DNA of 25,398 bases from positions 62,001 through 87,398 of the forward strand of contig NGBS01000029.1 in NCBI GenBank assembly GCA_002245135.1, written 5' to 3'. The DNA comes from Proteromonas lacertae. Lineage: Eukaryota. Below, in pieces: positions 1-13,092 of this stretch; within the stretch, counting starts at the first letter, position 1, and each line of letters starts with the position of its first letter. Made by a program: the position numbers and the translations under genes. A model generated the notes under the pieces. The model was given only the letters and a program-made list of their open reading frames with translations. It did no database searches and was not told the DNA's origin.

Positions 1-365
1 ATAACTCATTTAAGTCAAATCATTGTTCTCCTCGTGTTAGAACAAATACATTACCAAATATTGTATATAATACAGCAGTTACACCATCTCCTCCACCTGG
101 ATTCGATAGTAATAATGAAAACGTTAATACTTCTCCAATAACTCCTTATCAGTTTTCAGCAGCTATTGAACCACCAGTTAATCACAGACAAAATCAGCCA
201 ACTGTATATCCTTCATACCAATTGTTTGATAATTCTACTAATAATCAATTTTTATACCAACCGAAGATAAATGAAGAAGAAGAAAAGGAAATGGAAAAGG
301 AGAACATTCCTAGTAGAGAAGAATTATTTCAAATGTGGAATAATTTTGAAATTTCTGATAATTAA
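1..365 (+). CDS. 3' end of a low-complexity protein with a PPPGF motif (5' part outside window)
   Basis: Frame starting at nt 3 is open to TAA at 363-365: ...TPSPPPGFDSNNE...EEEEKEMEKENIPSREELFQMWNNFEISDN*. Not in the ORF track because its start lies outside the window. Confidence 0.7.
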   Translation, partial: NSFKSNHCSPRVRTNTLPNIVYNTAVTPSPPPGFDSNNENVNTSPITPYQFSAAIEPPVNHRQNQPTVYPSYQLFDNSTNNQFLYQPKINEEEEKEMEKENIPSREELFQMWNNFEISDN

Positions 366-486
366 TTTGTATTTTTCATCTGTAAATCAATATCTATTAT
401 TTCTCTGTTTTTAACTCAATTTAAATAAACATAACATAAAAACAATAATAGATTATATATATAGATAATAGTTATTTTTTTAATAA

Positions 487-3400
487 TTAAGCTGGTGCAG
501 AGTCAGATGCTGCTTCAGCTGCAGGTGCAGGCGGAGGAGGTGGTGGTGGTGGAGCAGCAGCAGCAGCAGTATCATCTGCTGGTTTAGCATCACCACCTTC
601 TGTTTTAGTCTCACCTTCTTTATTTTCATCTTTCTTATGTCCTCTTTTCGTCTTATGAACTTTCTTCTCTTCACTACCAGCACCAGGAGCACCACCATCC
701 ATATTCAATCTAATATTAGTCTTCTTCAATGCTTCACGACGTTTAACACACTTCTCACATTGACAATTTCTAGGATGAATAGCGACTTGAATCTTCTTTT
801 TAGCTTCAGCCATATCTAAATGAGTATCTTTAAAGTCTTGAATATCTTCAGGTGATCTATTATTAGCCCAATATCTCATTTCAGTTACATAACCAGTAAA
901 CTTCAAACCAAAATACAAACCATCTTCACCTTCAGCTATTCCACTCTCACCTGGATCTTCAATATCTCCTTCACCCACAACAGTACCATTCGATAACAAT
1001 CGACAGTGTGGAATTTCACCAGTTGTATCTAATGTTACAGCTATATGAACCCATTGGTTAACAGGGAAATTAGCTGGAGGATCTTGTTCTTGACCTGCTT
1101 CTTTCTCGCGTGGTTTTGTAGAGATTGATTGTTTGGATGTTGCAAATGTAAATTCAGTACCAACAGTAGTTAATGTCCATATTGGTTTATCTTTCTTACC
1201 TCTTAATAAGATTGTCTGTTCAGTATCAAATTCTTTCTTAATCCACATTTCATAGGTAAATGCTTGACGTTTAGTTGATTTTTCACCAAAACCTAAAGCT
1301 AATGTTGATTTCTCTTTAAATGCAAAAGTTACAAAACCTTCACCTCTTTCTTCACCATTAATACCAACACATAAAGTACTCTGTTTCTTCACTTTACCAG
1401 CTTCACCAGGATCAACAGGTGCATCACATTCAATATAACTATAAACACCAGTTATAATGCCATTATTAGTATGTTTACTAGTATCTATCAACATACGGTT
1501 TGGTTTTTCAGTATCATCTTCATCGCATCTCCAATAGCCAACAATTGTATCTTCACCTTCCACACCAATAGATGGACCAAGATCCAAACCACCTTCACCA
1601 CCTTCTTCATCTTCATCTATTTCTTTTTCTAATGGTTTTAATGCACCTACCCAACTGGATATTGTATCTAATATTAATTCAGGACCAACTGTCTTTAATG
1701 GTTCGGTTGGTGGTTCAGGTTTAATCATCTTATGAGCTGTATTATTAGTTGGGAATGGAGGGAATCTTGTAGTCTTTTCTATTGTTATTAATTGTTGATT
1801 TCTAATAGGTAAATCTAATGGTGATTCTTGTTTCTTTGATTTTAAATCTTTCTTCTTTTCTAATAAAGCACATGCAGTCATATATACATCACCTAATTTA
1901 TTATGAGATCTTCTCATTATTTGTTCTAGTAATGGTTTTGATATTTTAGTCTGTGACATGATTAACAATAATAATTCCCATTCATCTCCTACTAAATCAT
2001 AACACCAACGTGCTAATTCAAATTCACCAGCTGCAATACAGGTGGATGCCTAAACATCTCAATTTCCTTGATATTTCACTCTGTGGATGAGGTAAAGTGG
2101 AAGTAAATATTTGACCATTTTCCATACCTTTTACACCTTCTTGGATAGTAGGATAATCAGCTAATAATTCATAAAAACCTTCTTTCCATTCATGTAAATA
2201 TGTACATAATATTGATTTAACAACAGGAGGAATTTGTGGCAAATGTCTAAAGATAGATACATTCTCTCCAGACTTTGCAATGAAGTGAGCATATTCAGGA
2301 TAACCATATTTCAATAACCCATAAAGCAAATCAGGTGATATGCCCATATTAGGTCCAGGACCTTCACTACCTTCACTAGAATGTGGATAATATCTCTGTA
2401 TTACATCATACAACATATTAGGAGGAATTAACTCTGGTGGTGCATCTAAAATGCCTAAGATTAAAGCTTCTGTTGGAACTAGACCTCTTTGAACAATTCT
2501 TGGAATAGATAAGTTATTAGAACGACAACCATAAATAATTCTATCAGGGAATACACCTACAATACTGTAACCACTAGTGTAATAATCCAATGTACATAAA
2601 TAATGAACATTTCCTTTACAAGTTACATAGTCTATTTGTCCAGTATCTGTTGGTATTAAGACTGTATAGCCATACCAAACTGGTACAAATGTATGACTTA
2701 TGCTATGTTGTAAAATGATTGAGTTATTATCAGATCTTATAATTAACAGTTTAGATTCAGTTACTACAGCAATTAATGGAATTTCAGTTGGTTCTGTTAC
2801 TTTCTGCCAAACGACTTGATGTACAAATTTGAATTTACCTAAACAGATTCCTCCATTTGGATCACTCTTAAAATCCATCATTTGATAACCTTCAGGTAAA
2901 CCAATATCTCTAAACGACTTATTCTTACTGTAAACCAACCACATTAATCCATTATCTTTATCATTACCTTCATCATAAACAGCATACATCATGACAGTAC
3001 CACTTCTTGATATAAATGGAGTAGGGAAAATATTTTCAGCTTTATATAATAACTTCACATTTTGACCACCAACATCTTCTTCACCTTCTTCTGGATTTGT
3101 TCCTAAACCCAACATTCCACCACCAACAGTGCTATTAAATGTACTACCAGTAGTTGAAGCAAATGTACTTGAAGCACCACCACCAAAGGAAGATAAACCA
3201 GTAGAACTATTGAAATTAGAAGGATCATTATCATCATCATCTAATTTACCACTTAATATATCATTAGTTGGATTACCAAAATCTAAACCACCTAATATAT
3301 CAACATCATCTTGAGCTTCTTTTTCTTTCTTTTCTTTTTCCTTTTTCTCAGCTTCTTCATCACTACTATCGTCATCATCATTATTTGCAGCTGCACCTTT

Positions 3401-5222
3401 CTTACCTTTTTTACCTTTCTTCTCTTTTTTACCTTTCTTCTTCTTTTCTTTCTTATCCTTCTTCTTCTTTTTAGAGGTTAATAATCCTTCTAATTCTACT
3501 TCTGCACTCTCTACAATATGCACTTTTTCTTTATTTGAGGTTAATACCATATATTTCTTACCACCAATTGGAAATGCATCTCTACATGGTGTAACAGGTG
3601 GGAATGTTTGAATTAAATAATCTTCATCAGCATCTTTCTTTCTCTTCTTTAATGATCCTTCTGGTTCTTTATAGATTGCAGCATAGGCATTATCTTTAGA
3701 TAAATCAATTAAAGACACCAACATTTGAGTACTATTTGAACCTGTACCAAGTTGACAGTGGAAACATACCATAACAGATTTACCATCTACTGATGATATA
3801 ATCTTACAGACTCTTAATTGAGAGAATTTCTTTGCTGTCTTTTTATCTTGTATATTTGGAATAGCAGGAATTGGACATAATATATGTGAAAATGGAGCTG
3901 TAATTGGCTTAGCTTTTAAATAACACATAAAATTTGCACTTCTATTTCTCATCTGTTCCTGAATTCTCTAAATAATAAACAATAGTTGGATGAATAGTTG
4001 GCTCAATTAATTCCTTTGTTACACCTTTGATGAAGGCTTGAGGAGGACAAGATACTTGAGAAGCGTGTAAACCATCAATTGGCCTACCAATACGGAAATC
4101 TAATATTTGGAAAGTCATTAATCTCCCACTTGGGAAATATAATGCAATACGGTTTTGACTGGAATGACATAATAATCGTGGTTGTTCATTTGGCATATTT
4201 GGGACTAAAGTACCTACTTCTATTGAGTTAATTGGTAAGAAAGTCAATTCTACATCTTTCTGTTGATTAACTGTTTCTATTCTCATTAGTACATCCATGT
4301 AATATTTACCTTCTCTCAATACCAAAATAATCATTATTGGTTCCGTTGGATGCATAATTATGTCAATTACAGAAGCACCTTCACCTACATTAGCACTGGC
4401 TATGAAAAATGTACGCGGAATAGAGAATAATATAACTCTTCCATCTTCAACAGCAAATGATATAATACCGTCTAAGTGAGGATGCCAACAAATTGCAGTG
4501 ATAGATAAGTTAGTTTGATTTGGCTTGTTAGTCAAACGTGCATCTTGTGCTCTCTGACACATATAACCATCTATAGAGAATTGTAAATCTACTCTACCAG
4601 TAAATGCTCTATCATCATCTGCACAACCAACACCATATATGTGGATTAGACCTTCCTTAGTACCACAAGCTATATTACAAGCACATGGACTACCTGCCAT
4701 TGTCGTAATAGCTATCTTTCTACGGATTGTGTAATGATCACACTCTATGCAGTCGTCATTGTGTTTATTACCGTTTAATTCATGCATCTATTTATATATA
4801 TTACATTTCAATATCTATACACGACCTGTATATGTAGCAGTTGATGAAATTCCACAATATGCTTTTTCACCTGTACAAAACGCTACTAAACCAACATCCT
4901 CATCTTTAGTAGAATCTATTAAAGCAGGATATTGTACTTCTAAATATCCTCTATTACAGTTATAAACATCACCTGTTGCATTTTGAGCTACAGCACTTAC
5001 ATACACATTTCCTACTTTATCATGTCCAGCTGCTATACCAGTTGCACACTTTACACTTCCTAATGGGAAACGAGATAACATAAAGGCAGAATTAGCATCG
5101 TATTGAACTATACCATTACTAGTATGACAAAATAAAGAAGGTTGGTATGGATGAAAGCATGCCACTAAAGGATGACCTCTTTCGGTAGGTACTTGAATAT
5201 CGATTAATGGTTTAATATCCAT
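487..5222 (-). CDS. TSET/TPLATE complex TTRAY1 (TWD40-1-like) WD40/solenoid subunit with C-terminal LamG/concanavalin-A-like domain, ~1560 aa
   Basis: Joins ORFs 4815-5249, 3942-4787, 2024-3952 and 487-1968 via one 33-nt intron (4788-4820) and two apparent +1 frameshifts (~3945, ~2040). Motifs HPLVACFHPYQ..IVQYDA..LGS, HQVVWQ..IAVVTESKLLII, VWYG..SIVGVFPDRII..EALILG and LGIHCIAAGEFELARWCYDLVGD align in order with plant TWD40-1 as recalled. LamG motifs: VGYWRCDE..IDTS, FTYEMWIK, NQWVHIAVT, FTGYVTEMRYW. Confidence 0.75.
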
Positions 5223-5395
5223 TGTATTTTTCTTTTCTGTAAAATACATAAATAAAGAAAAATAATATACAATTAATCTTTTCTACAAATAAGACAATCA
5301 ATCCTACAAAATCAATTAAAAGAGTATCTTGGGGTCTTATTCCAAAATTATTTTCGTTTGATTGAAAATTACCCGCATTTGATTTTTCTTTTAAA

Positions 5396-6738
5396 ATGGC
5401 AAATGATGATGAACCTGTATTTAGAATATAATTGATATTTCTATTGTAGTGGGTTGAGAATAAGGAGAACATTAAGACAGTAGCCTTTTTGTTAAGAGCC
5501 AAAAAAGGAATTAGAACACACAACGGTACTGAGAATTACAGTATATTTAATATTAATACAACAAATATAGATAATGGTCACGATCGTAAGCATATAGACT
5601 TTTTCAGAGGTGATAGATTCCTCAAATGGTGGGCAAGTCCAGCAAATGTTAGTAGAATACCATTTTCAGGTATTGATAAAAAGGATGCAAAATATTTTGC
5701 ACAATTATTAATCGACAATCACTTTATTCACTCAATCGAAAGAGATGGAGTAAAACAAAGAGTTTTTAATGCAACAAACCTCAAAAATTTTGACGAAGAA
5801 AGAATGTATTCATGGGATATTGATAGTGAAGATACTTGGGGAAATATCTTACTATTAGTGTTTGTAGGTTGTGTTATAGGTATATGTTTACTCCCAGTAT
5901 GGCCATCATTTTTAAAATTAACACTTTATTACATTTTATTAGCATATATGGTAATATTCCTAGGTGTATTATCAGTAAGATATTTGTTATGGTTTGTATG
6001 TTGGCCATTTGGTTATTCTGTATGGATATTCCCTCGATTGAATGATGATGTAGGATTAAAAGAATCATTCCAACCATTTATTACCTGTAAAAGAAGTAAA
6101 ACAGCTACTTTAAAGAGATTAATCATATTTGGTAGTATAATTGGTGCATTTTATTATGTCTTTTTCCACTATGATGTTCCAGAGTTTGTTAGAGAGAATA
6201 AGCAGTTTATGGAAGATATCTATAAAGGTAGATTATTAGATATGTTTAGTGCAAATTCATTTTATGATAAAGCTGATGGTGTAAAGCAAACAAATGGTAA
6301 AGGAAAATCACAACAAGAAAAGGAGCAAGAAGAACATAAATCAACAACATGGACTGAATCCAAGCGAACTGATGTTGATGATATTCCTAAAGATGATCAT
6401 CCTGAAGATTGGGATGATGAACCAGAAGAAGAAGATCAAGAGGCTGCTTTGAATAGAATGGGAGCAAGAATAATTAATCCTGAAACTTATACAGATGAAC
6501 AATATAAAGCTGATATGGAGTATTATAGTAAGAAAGATGAAGAGATGGAGAACAATATGAGAGAGAAGAGAAGGAAAGACAGAGACAAGAGAAGATTAAA
6601 CAGGAGAAAGAGCGAGAAAAGAAGGAGAAAGAAGCTCAAAGAAGATGGGAGAAGAGAGAGAGAGAAAGATTGGAGAGATTAGAAAGAGAAAAGAGAGAAC
6701 AAGAAACTGCACAAGATTTAGATGAAGAAGAACTTTAA
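5396..6738 (+). CDS. SEC62: Translocation protein Sec62
   Basis: ATG 5396, introns 5417-5449 and 5541-5570 (stopless 30 nt). Motifs DFFRG..F, Y.W, two TMs with LLPVWP and WIFPRLNDDVG..ESFQP. The ORF-track stop is 6682, but a -1 frame continues as RLERLEREKREQETAQDLDEEEL* to 6738, implying a frameshift in the AG-rich tail. Confidence 0.9.
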
Positions 6739-6856
6739 TTTTTTTCTTATATTGTTTTTTGATATTATGTTTTTGTTTTGTGTTGAAATTTAAAAGTAAA
6801 TAGTAAAAGATACAAAATATATATTATATATTTGAGAAAAAAATGAAAAAAGTATA

Positions 6857-7950
6857 TTAATTATTTCTATAATACTGCACATCACTGATTATTCTGATTA
6901 GATATAAAAACAGATAGACAATATCAAGATATCTATAAATCATCATTAAGAATATATAAAAACATACAAATTCAAAGCACCATGAATATAATCATCAGGA
7001 CCATATGTGTAATTCTTTTTATTAATCATTAACATCTAAAAATATGAATAAAAACAAAATAATGTTATACTTGTGTGTCATAGACAATATACATCGAAAA
7101 TATCAAAGCACCAATACAACCATACAATGTATAGAAGACCCTATTTCTGAAGAATATATTCAGCAATCCAAAACAGGCTGCAGTAAACAATATAGCACAT
7201 ATTAACCCACCACAAGCAGTGAAATCAAATGGAGCAAACCATGCAACTAATGTTAATAACAACACAACAACAGCTGTAACTACAAGACCCATTACAATGG
7301 ATTCAACATTATAACATGCCACTATTACGGCCAATACAATTGAAAAACAAAATGTAAAAGTAAATAGAAGAATCACATTCAATGGATATCTATTAGCAGC
7401 TATAATCGATTATATATAACATAATGTAATACCTTTTTGTGAACATGTAATGACACACAATAAACAAAAAGCTACAGCATAGGCTATATAGGTAATGTAC
7501 TCATGTTTACTAACCCAACTTTGTACATCTTGCAATCTATCATTAATCATATACATAATTCATAATATACAGGAAAAGACCAGTTATTAATCCAGATATG
7601 CAGAACTGAAGAAAGACCAGAGCATATACTTTTTCTATCAGAATATATAAAAGTTAAGGTGATACTCACGAATCCTCTAGCTGGATCTAACTTACTAAGA
7701 CCTTTATTCAGATTTTCAGTTGGAGCCTATCAATTGAGGTATTAATCTATACAGGTTCGACTGTTACATTCACTTGTTGAGGTGGAGGAAGCTGTGGTCC
7801 AGATTGAATTGGTTGACTATTATATCCAGACATTGAGTTAGGAATAGAATTCTCAATTACTGAAGGATAAGGATAAGCTACATTTGATTCTATTGGTTTT
7901 ACATAAATTACTTTGTTTGTACTATAAGGATCGTTATAGTATTGAGACAT
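6857..7950 (-). CDS. TMBIM/Bax inhibitor-1 (lifeguard-type) paralog 1
   Basis: Six short introns. Spliced product reads P/Y-rich N-terminus, RGFVKKVY, YPLN, FDFT, YIVYDTQ, YGPDDYIHGALNLYLD, TAA at 6857. Confidence 0.9.
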
Positions 7951-8094
7951 GACTTTTAAAAATAATCAAAAACAAAAAGTCGTGTGTTAAAAACAAAATC
8001 AAAACATTATTCATTGTGTAGGACAGTACCAAATTCGAAATAGAAAGAATTTAATCAAAATATAATTAATGTATAATAACAATTATCCATTATT

Positions 8095-9295
8095 TTAATT
8101 CCTTGATGAACCTCCTATCAATTGTAGAAGAAATAAAAATAAATTAACAATATCCAAGTAAAGATTCAAGGATCCCAATATATAATCATCTGGACCATAA
8201 GTGTACTTCTTACTTCCAATCATTAATATCTAATTTTATTAAATTAACGAAATATAATTATACTTGAGTATCATAAACAATGTATAATGAAAAGACAATA
8301 GCACCACATGCTGCATATACTGTATATAAAAACTGACTGTGGAAGAAGATATTTAAGAATCCAAAACAAATTAATGCCAAACATAAGGCAAACATCAACG
8401 AACCACAACCTGTCATATCACATGGTAACTAATAATAATAATAATAATAATATAATATATACAAACCAAGCTGCTAATGATAATCCCAACACAACAATCG
8501 CAGTAGCACCTATTGCCATTGCTACAGCTGATACATCATAAAATGATATTATTAATCCTATAGCGATTGAGAAGAAGAATGTAAATGCACATAGTAATAT
8601 CAGATTTGTGGGATATGATTGAGCTTCTATATATATAATAATAAAAATAATAATTAATACGTTTTCTACAACATACTAAAACACACAGTATGGCAAATGC
8701 AATGATATAAGCAGCATAAGTTACCCAAACATGTTCATAAACCCAATCTTTTATTACTTTGATAAAGAATAAACTACATATCACTGTTGTTATAGCTAAC
8801 TGGAAGAACACTAAAGCATAAACCTTTTCTATAATGATAAAATGAGTTCATTTTATGAATATACTAATGAAACCACGAGCTGGATCTAATTTGCTTAATC
8901 CTCTATATAAATTATTCTTTTTACCTGGTTCCTAACAAATATTATCTACTGTAAATACTTCTGTTTCAATTTCTGCACTTACTACTGGTTCAACTACAGG
9001 TTGTGCTTGAGGTACAACTGTTGGCTGTGCGTAACTAGCACTAGGAACAGGTCCAGAAGGTTGCACATAACCTCCAGGCTGAAATCCACCTTGTTGATAT
9101 TGTGGCTGTTGATACTGTTCTTGAGTGGCATAACCTGGTTGTTGTTGTACGTATACAGGCTGTTGGGCATATTGAGGTTGAGCATAACCACCATTTTGAT
9201 CAAGTGGGACTAGATAAGATGTACCATCTGGATTCTGTACTACCATCATAGGTACATGCTCCAGGAGGAGGTACCTGATTCCCATATTGATTCAT
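8095..9295 (-). CDS. TMBIM/Bax inhibitor-1 (lifeguard-type) paralog 2
   Basis: Q/P/Y-rich N-terminus, RGFIKKVY, YPTN, YIVYDTQ, YGPDDYILGSLNLYLD, five introns. Start is either ATG 9295 (MNQYGNQVPPPG, needs a frameshift near 9258) or in-frame ATG 9285. Confidence 0.88.
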
Positions 9296-9683
9296 TTTGA
9301 CAAAAACAAAGAAGAAATAATTGGGGTTAAGAAAAAAATACAAATTTTGTGTATTTTATAATTATACAATCATAACCCGATAATTCGTTGTTTTATAGCC
9401 TATATCAACAGATTTTTTAGCTCATAGCCTTTTATAGTAATACTATTTACTATGCTGATGTATTTTACTCTGCTAATCTTTTTGTGATATAATGTGATAT
9501 TTTATGATTGAATTAGTTTAGTGGTAATGCTTTTAGTCTATATATAGGAGATATAAAGAAAAAAAAAGATTAATTGAATATCTAACAGCTGCTTATGTTA
9601 TTTTTATTTTCTATTTTGTTTATATTGAGCGATCTTATTGTACGATCTTATTAAATCAACTGAAATAACATCCTTTATCAAAA

Positions 9684-9850
9684 ATGTCAAACTCCCCTAC
9701 TAAACGAAAATACTAACAAAGAACATTACCAGAGAAAGAGTAAATTTTATTTGAGATGGAGGATGACAATATGACATCTTTAGAAGTAGAATTAAAGCAC
9801 AATGTAAGTAGAGCAACATAAACCCACATATTGAACACATCATGTAACAA
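9684..9850 (+). pseudogene. Decayed pogo/Tigger (CENP-B-type HTH) transposase N-terminus
   Basis: Translates MSNSPTKRKY*QRTLPEKE*ILFEMEDDNMTSLEVELKHNVSRAT*THIL, matching the KRK..TL.EK..I......S..E....NVS..T...IL pattern of pogo-family N-terminal HTH. Three in-frame stops. Confidence 0.6.
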
Positions 9851-10824
9851 ATATCGTCAGTTGATAGGAATTTTCTTTGAATAACCTATTCTTAGTCTGT
9901 ATCATAGTGTTGTCGTGATATTACCATATATTGACTTTGTTTATTAATTGAATACACTTGTGTTGGAAAAATTGCTGGAGAACAACAATGTAACAATAAC
10001 AAGTTGTTTTCATAATATTTTAAATAGTTTTTTTCTTTTATTTTATTTTTATGCTGTATTACAAAATCAACTTCTTTCTCACTCTTTTCTGCACTTTCTT
10101 TTATCTATTGCATATAAATCAATTCATATACTGTAGTATAATGATGTTAATATAGAGTACATAACCTTGTTTAGTAACGATGTCATTTGACGAAGTAATC
10201 ACTTTATGACTAATTTGATTGGCTTATTTGAAAAATAAAACGAGTATTTTTTTTAAATATTCTAATTTACATATATTGTTGTATATAAATACACCATCAT
10301 TTGCTCTAATTAGCGAGAAAGATCTAAATGAAGGAAATGAAATCATTCTATTTTTGTTTTTTCGATTTTTAATTATGAAAAAGTTATTTGATCAGCATAA
10401 AATTAAAATGTTGTTTATTACCTATAAAGTAGCTATAGATTTATGATATAAAAATCAATAGATACAGAGACATTTAAAAATCCAGTTTAGAAGGTTAAGG
10501 TTAAGTTTATAACTGCAACGTAGAACAATTAGTTTCTACATTTTTAAGAATTAATTTATAATTATAAAAGTAATAAAACAATGATAAAAAGAATGATATT
10601 TAAGATAATAATTGATTATAATGATCATTCTTCATTTGTAGAAGTACTTCATCATAAATAATGCAAACAATAGTTTTCTCATTTGGTTTAATCTCATCAT
10701 CACAAAAATTATCTACTACTTTACTGTTTTCTATTTTGAAAATATTTTTTTGCATAATAAGCTGCAGAATTATTTTTAGTAATATTTAAAACAAACGCAT
10801 TAATAAAAAGAAGGATTTTAACTG

Positions 10825-11753
10825 TTAATCTCTATTTCGTGTTTCTCCGATTAATCGAAGTATATATAAGAATAAATTAATTACATCTAAATATAAATTC
10901 AAAGCTCCAAGAATATAATCATCTGGTCCAAGTGTATTCTCTTTCCTACCAATCATCAAGATCTAATTGAAAAAATAATCGATATGTATATATACTTGAG
11001 TATCAAATATGATGTACATTGACATTAGCATAGCTCCAAGGCAGGAATAAATAATGTTCAGAAACTGAGAGTAGAAGAATATACTTAATATTCCAATACA
11101 CACTATTCCAAGCATAAGTGCTAACAGAAATGCACCACAACTAGTAAAGTCACAAGGTAACTATAAACGAAATAAATCATAATGTAATTATACAAACCAC
11201 GCTGCTAAGGTTAATCCTACTACGATTACTGCTGTAGCAAGAAAGGCCATCATAATTGCACTTTCTTCATATATGGAAGTAACTGTAGCAACAGCTATTG
11301 AAAAGAAAAAAGTCTATATGAATTAATTATTGAATACATTATACAAATGTTCCTAACACTATTATATTTATCGGATATGTATGAGCAACTATATAAAACA
11401 CATAATGATATAATAGATTACCTGATTTGATACAAACTAAAACGCATAATAAAATAACAGCAACTACCATAGCCAAATATCCTAACCAATCATTTCCTTG
11501 AGTGAATTTAACAATTGGACCTGTTCTAAGACAAATAATAAAAATGAACCACATATACAAGAAAAGCATACATATAACAGCTGTGCAAGATAATTGTAAA
11601 GCTACAATGGCATAAACCTTCTCTAGTCACATAAATGATTCAAAAATACTAACAAAACCTCTCATAGGATCTAATTTTCCCATAGATCCACCCATTTTCG
11701 AATCATTTCCCTAATATATACATATAAAACAATACAAGTAAGTCTGAATCCAT
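10825..11753 (-). CDS. TMBIM/Bax inhibitor-1 paralog 3 (short N-terminus)
   Basis: ATG 11753, seven introns, RGFVKKVY, YPIN, CDFT, FDTQ, LGPDDYILGALNLYLD, TAA 10825. Confidence 0.9.
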
Positions 11754-12072
11754 ATTTATTGTTATTTAAAAATTAATTCAGCAATTAAATAAGAATGCTA
11801 CAATAATTTAGCCTCATTATAAAAATACAAGTTTTACGTTTATCTAGATAGAAATAGTATGTTTTTAATTGTTGATAGATATGATGATGATACATTTACC
11901 ATATTCTTGAATGCATTTGTTCATTGATTCTCATCTGTGGTTATTATTCCATTAAAAGGTGGAAAGAATATAGACAAAATAGAATACAATTCCTAGATCT
12001 CATTAGAAATGAACAGGATAAAAGAATTTTCTAAAAAACATACAACTGCAACGACTATATTTAGATTCTTTT

Positions 12073-12971
12073 ATGACAAAATATTCTTCTAATTTCAGTT
12101 ACATGATTCCAACAACTGTAGTATGTTAATAATATTTATTAATTGTTTTAGGATTATCAAGGCCTTAATACCAACAAGAAATTAAGCCCACAGAAGGGTT
12201 TTATAAGTATATTTAGTCTTTTTATACATAAATAGAAAAGGTTTATGGTTTAGTCACAAGTCAACTTATTGTGACATTTATTATGTGTTATGCCTGCTCG
12301 TATATTATTTTTCCTTTTACATTTCTATAGATATGATACTATTAGAGCAACAATTCAATCAAACCCTGCATTTGTTTATGTATCATATATATTAGCATTT
12401 GTGTTGTTATGTGTATTAATGTGTTCAAGAGAGTGTATTTTTATAAATTTTGCATATATCAATATATATAGATGCTCATAAGTATCCTACAAACTTAATC
12501 ATTCTCGGTGCATTTGTATAAGTTATTATAATACACTATTAGACAATCTGCTTCTCTATTTCAATAGCTTTCTTTACTTCATTCTACAATGTTCAAGCTA
12601 TATTATTAGCAATAGGTTTAACCACTGGAATAGTAGTTGGTTTAACTGCAGTGGCTTTCTATGCACCAATAGATATCACAGGATATGGAATGTATTTGTT
12701 TGTAGCTTGTTGGGGGTTAATGTTGTCTGGAATGATGTTATGGTTTTTTGCTACTCCATTTACAGTCACTTTGTATGCATTAATAGGAGCTTTGTTATTC
12801 AGTGCATATATTGTATATGATACTCAAGCATTAATGATTGGAGATAAACAATTTACCTATGGTCCAGACGATTATGTGTTTGCTACATTGAACTTATACT
12901 TGGATATTATTAATATATTTATGTATATATTACAGATTGTAGGAAGTGCTCAAGGAAGTGATAGTAATTAG
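12073..12971 (+). CDS. TMBIM/Bax inhibitor-1 paralog 4 (inverted relative to 1-3)
   Basis: ATG 12073, five introns, KGFIKKVY, YPTN, YIVYDTQ, YGPDDYVFATLNLYLD, TAG 12971. Confidence 0.9.
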
Positions 12972-13092
12972 ATTATTATTATTATTATATAACATATTCT
13001 ACATCTATTTGACTATATACATTTTTCTTTTAATAATGTAAAATAAAACTATAAATATAATAAAGAAATGAAAATTTTAAGATTTCTGTTAA

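Noticed and set aside
3940..3950. AAA-TAG followed by +1 frame, resembling Euplotes-type programmed frameshifting
   Set aside because: Single instance. The other shifts lack the motif and go in both directions, so an indel error (or an atypical 28-nt GTTT..CAG intron) is simpler.
9948..10760. Short ORFs 9948-10136, 10219-10446 and a minus-strand open stretch near 10600-10740
   Set aside because: Non-ATG starts, AT-driven composition and no recognisable family. They may be decayed remnants but cannot be supported.
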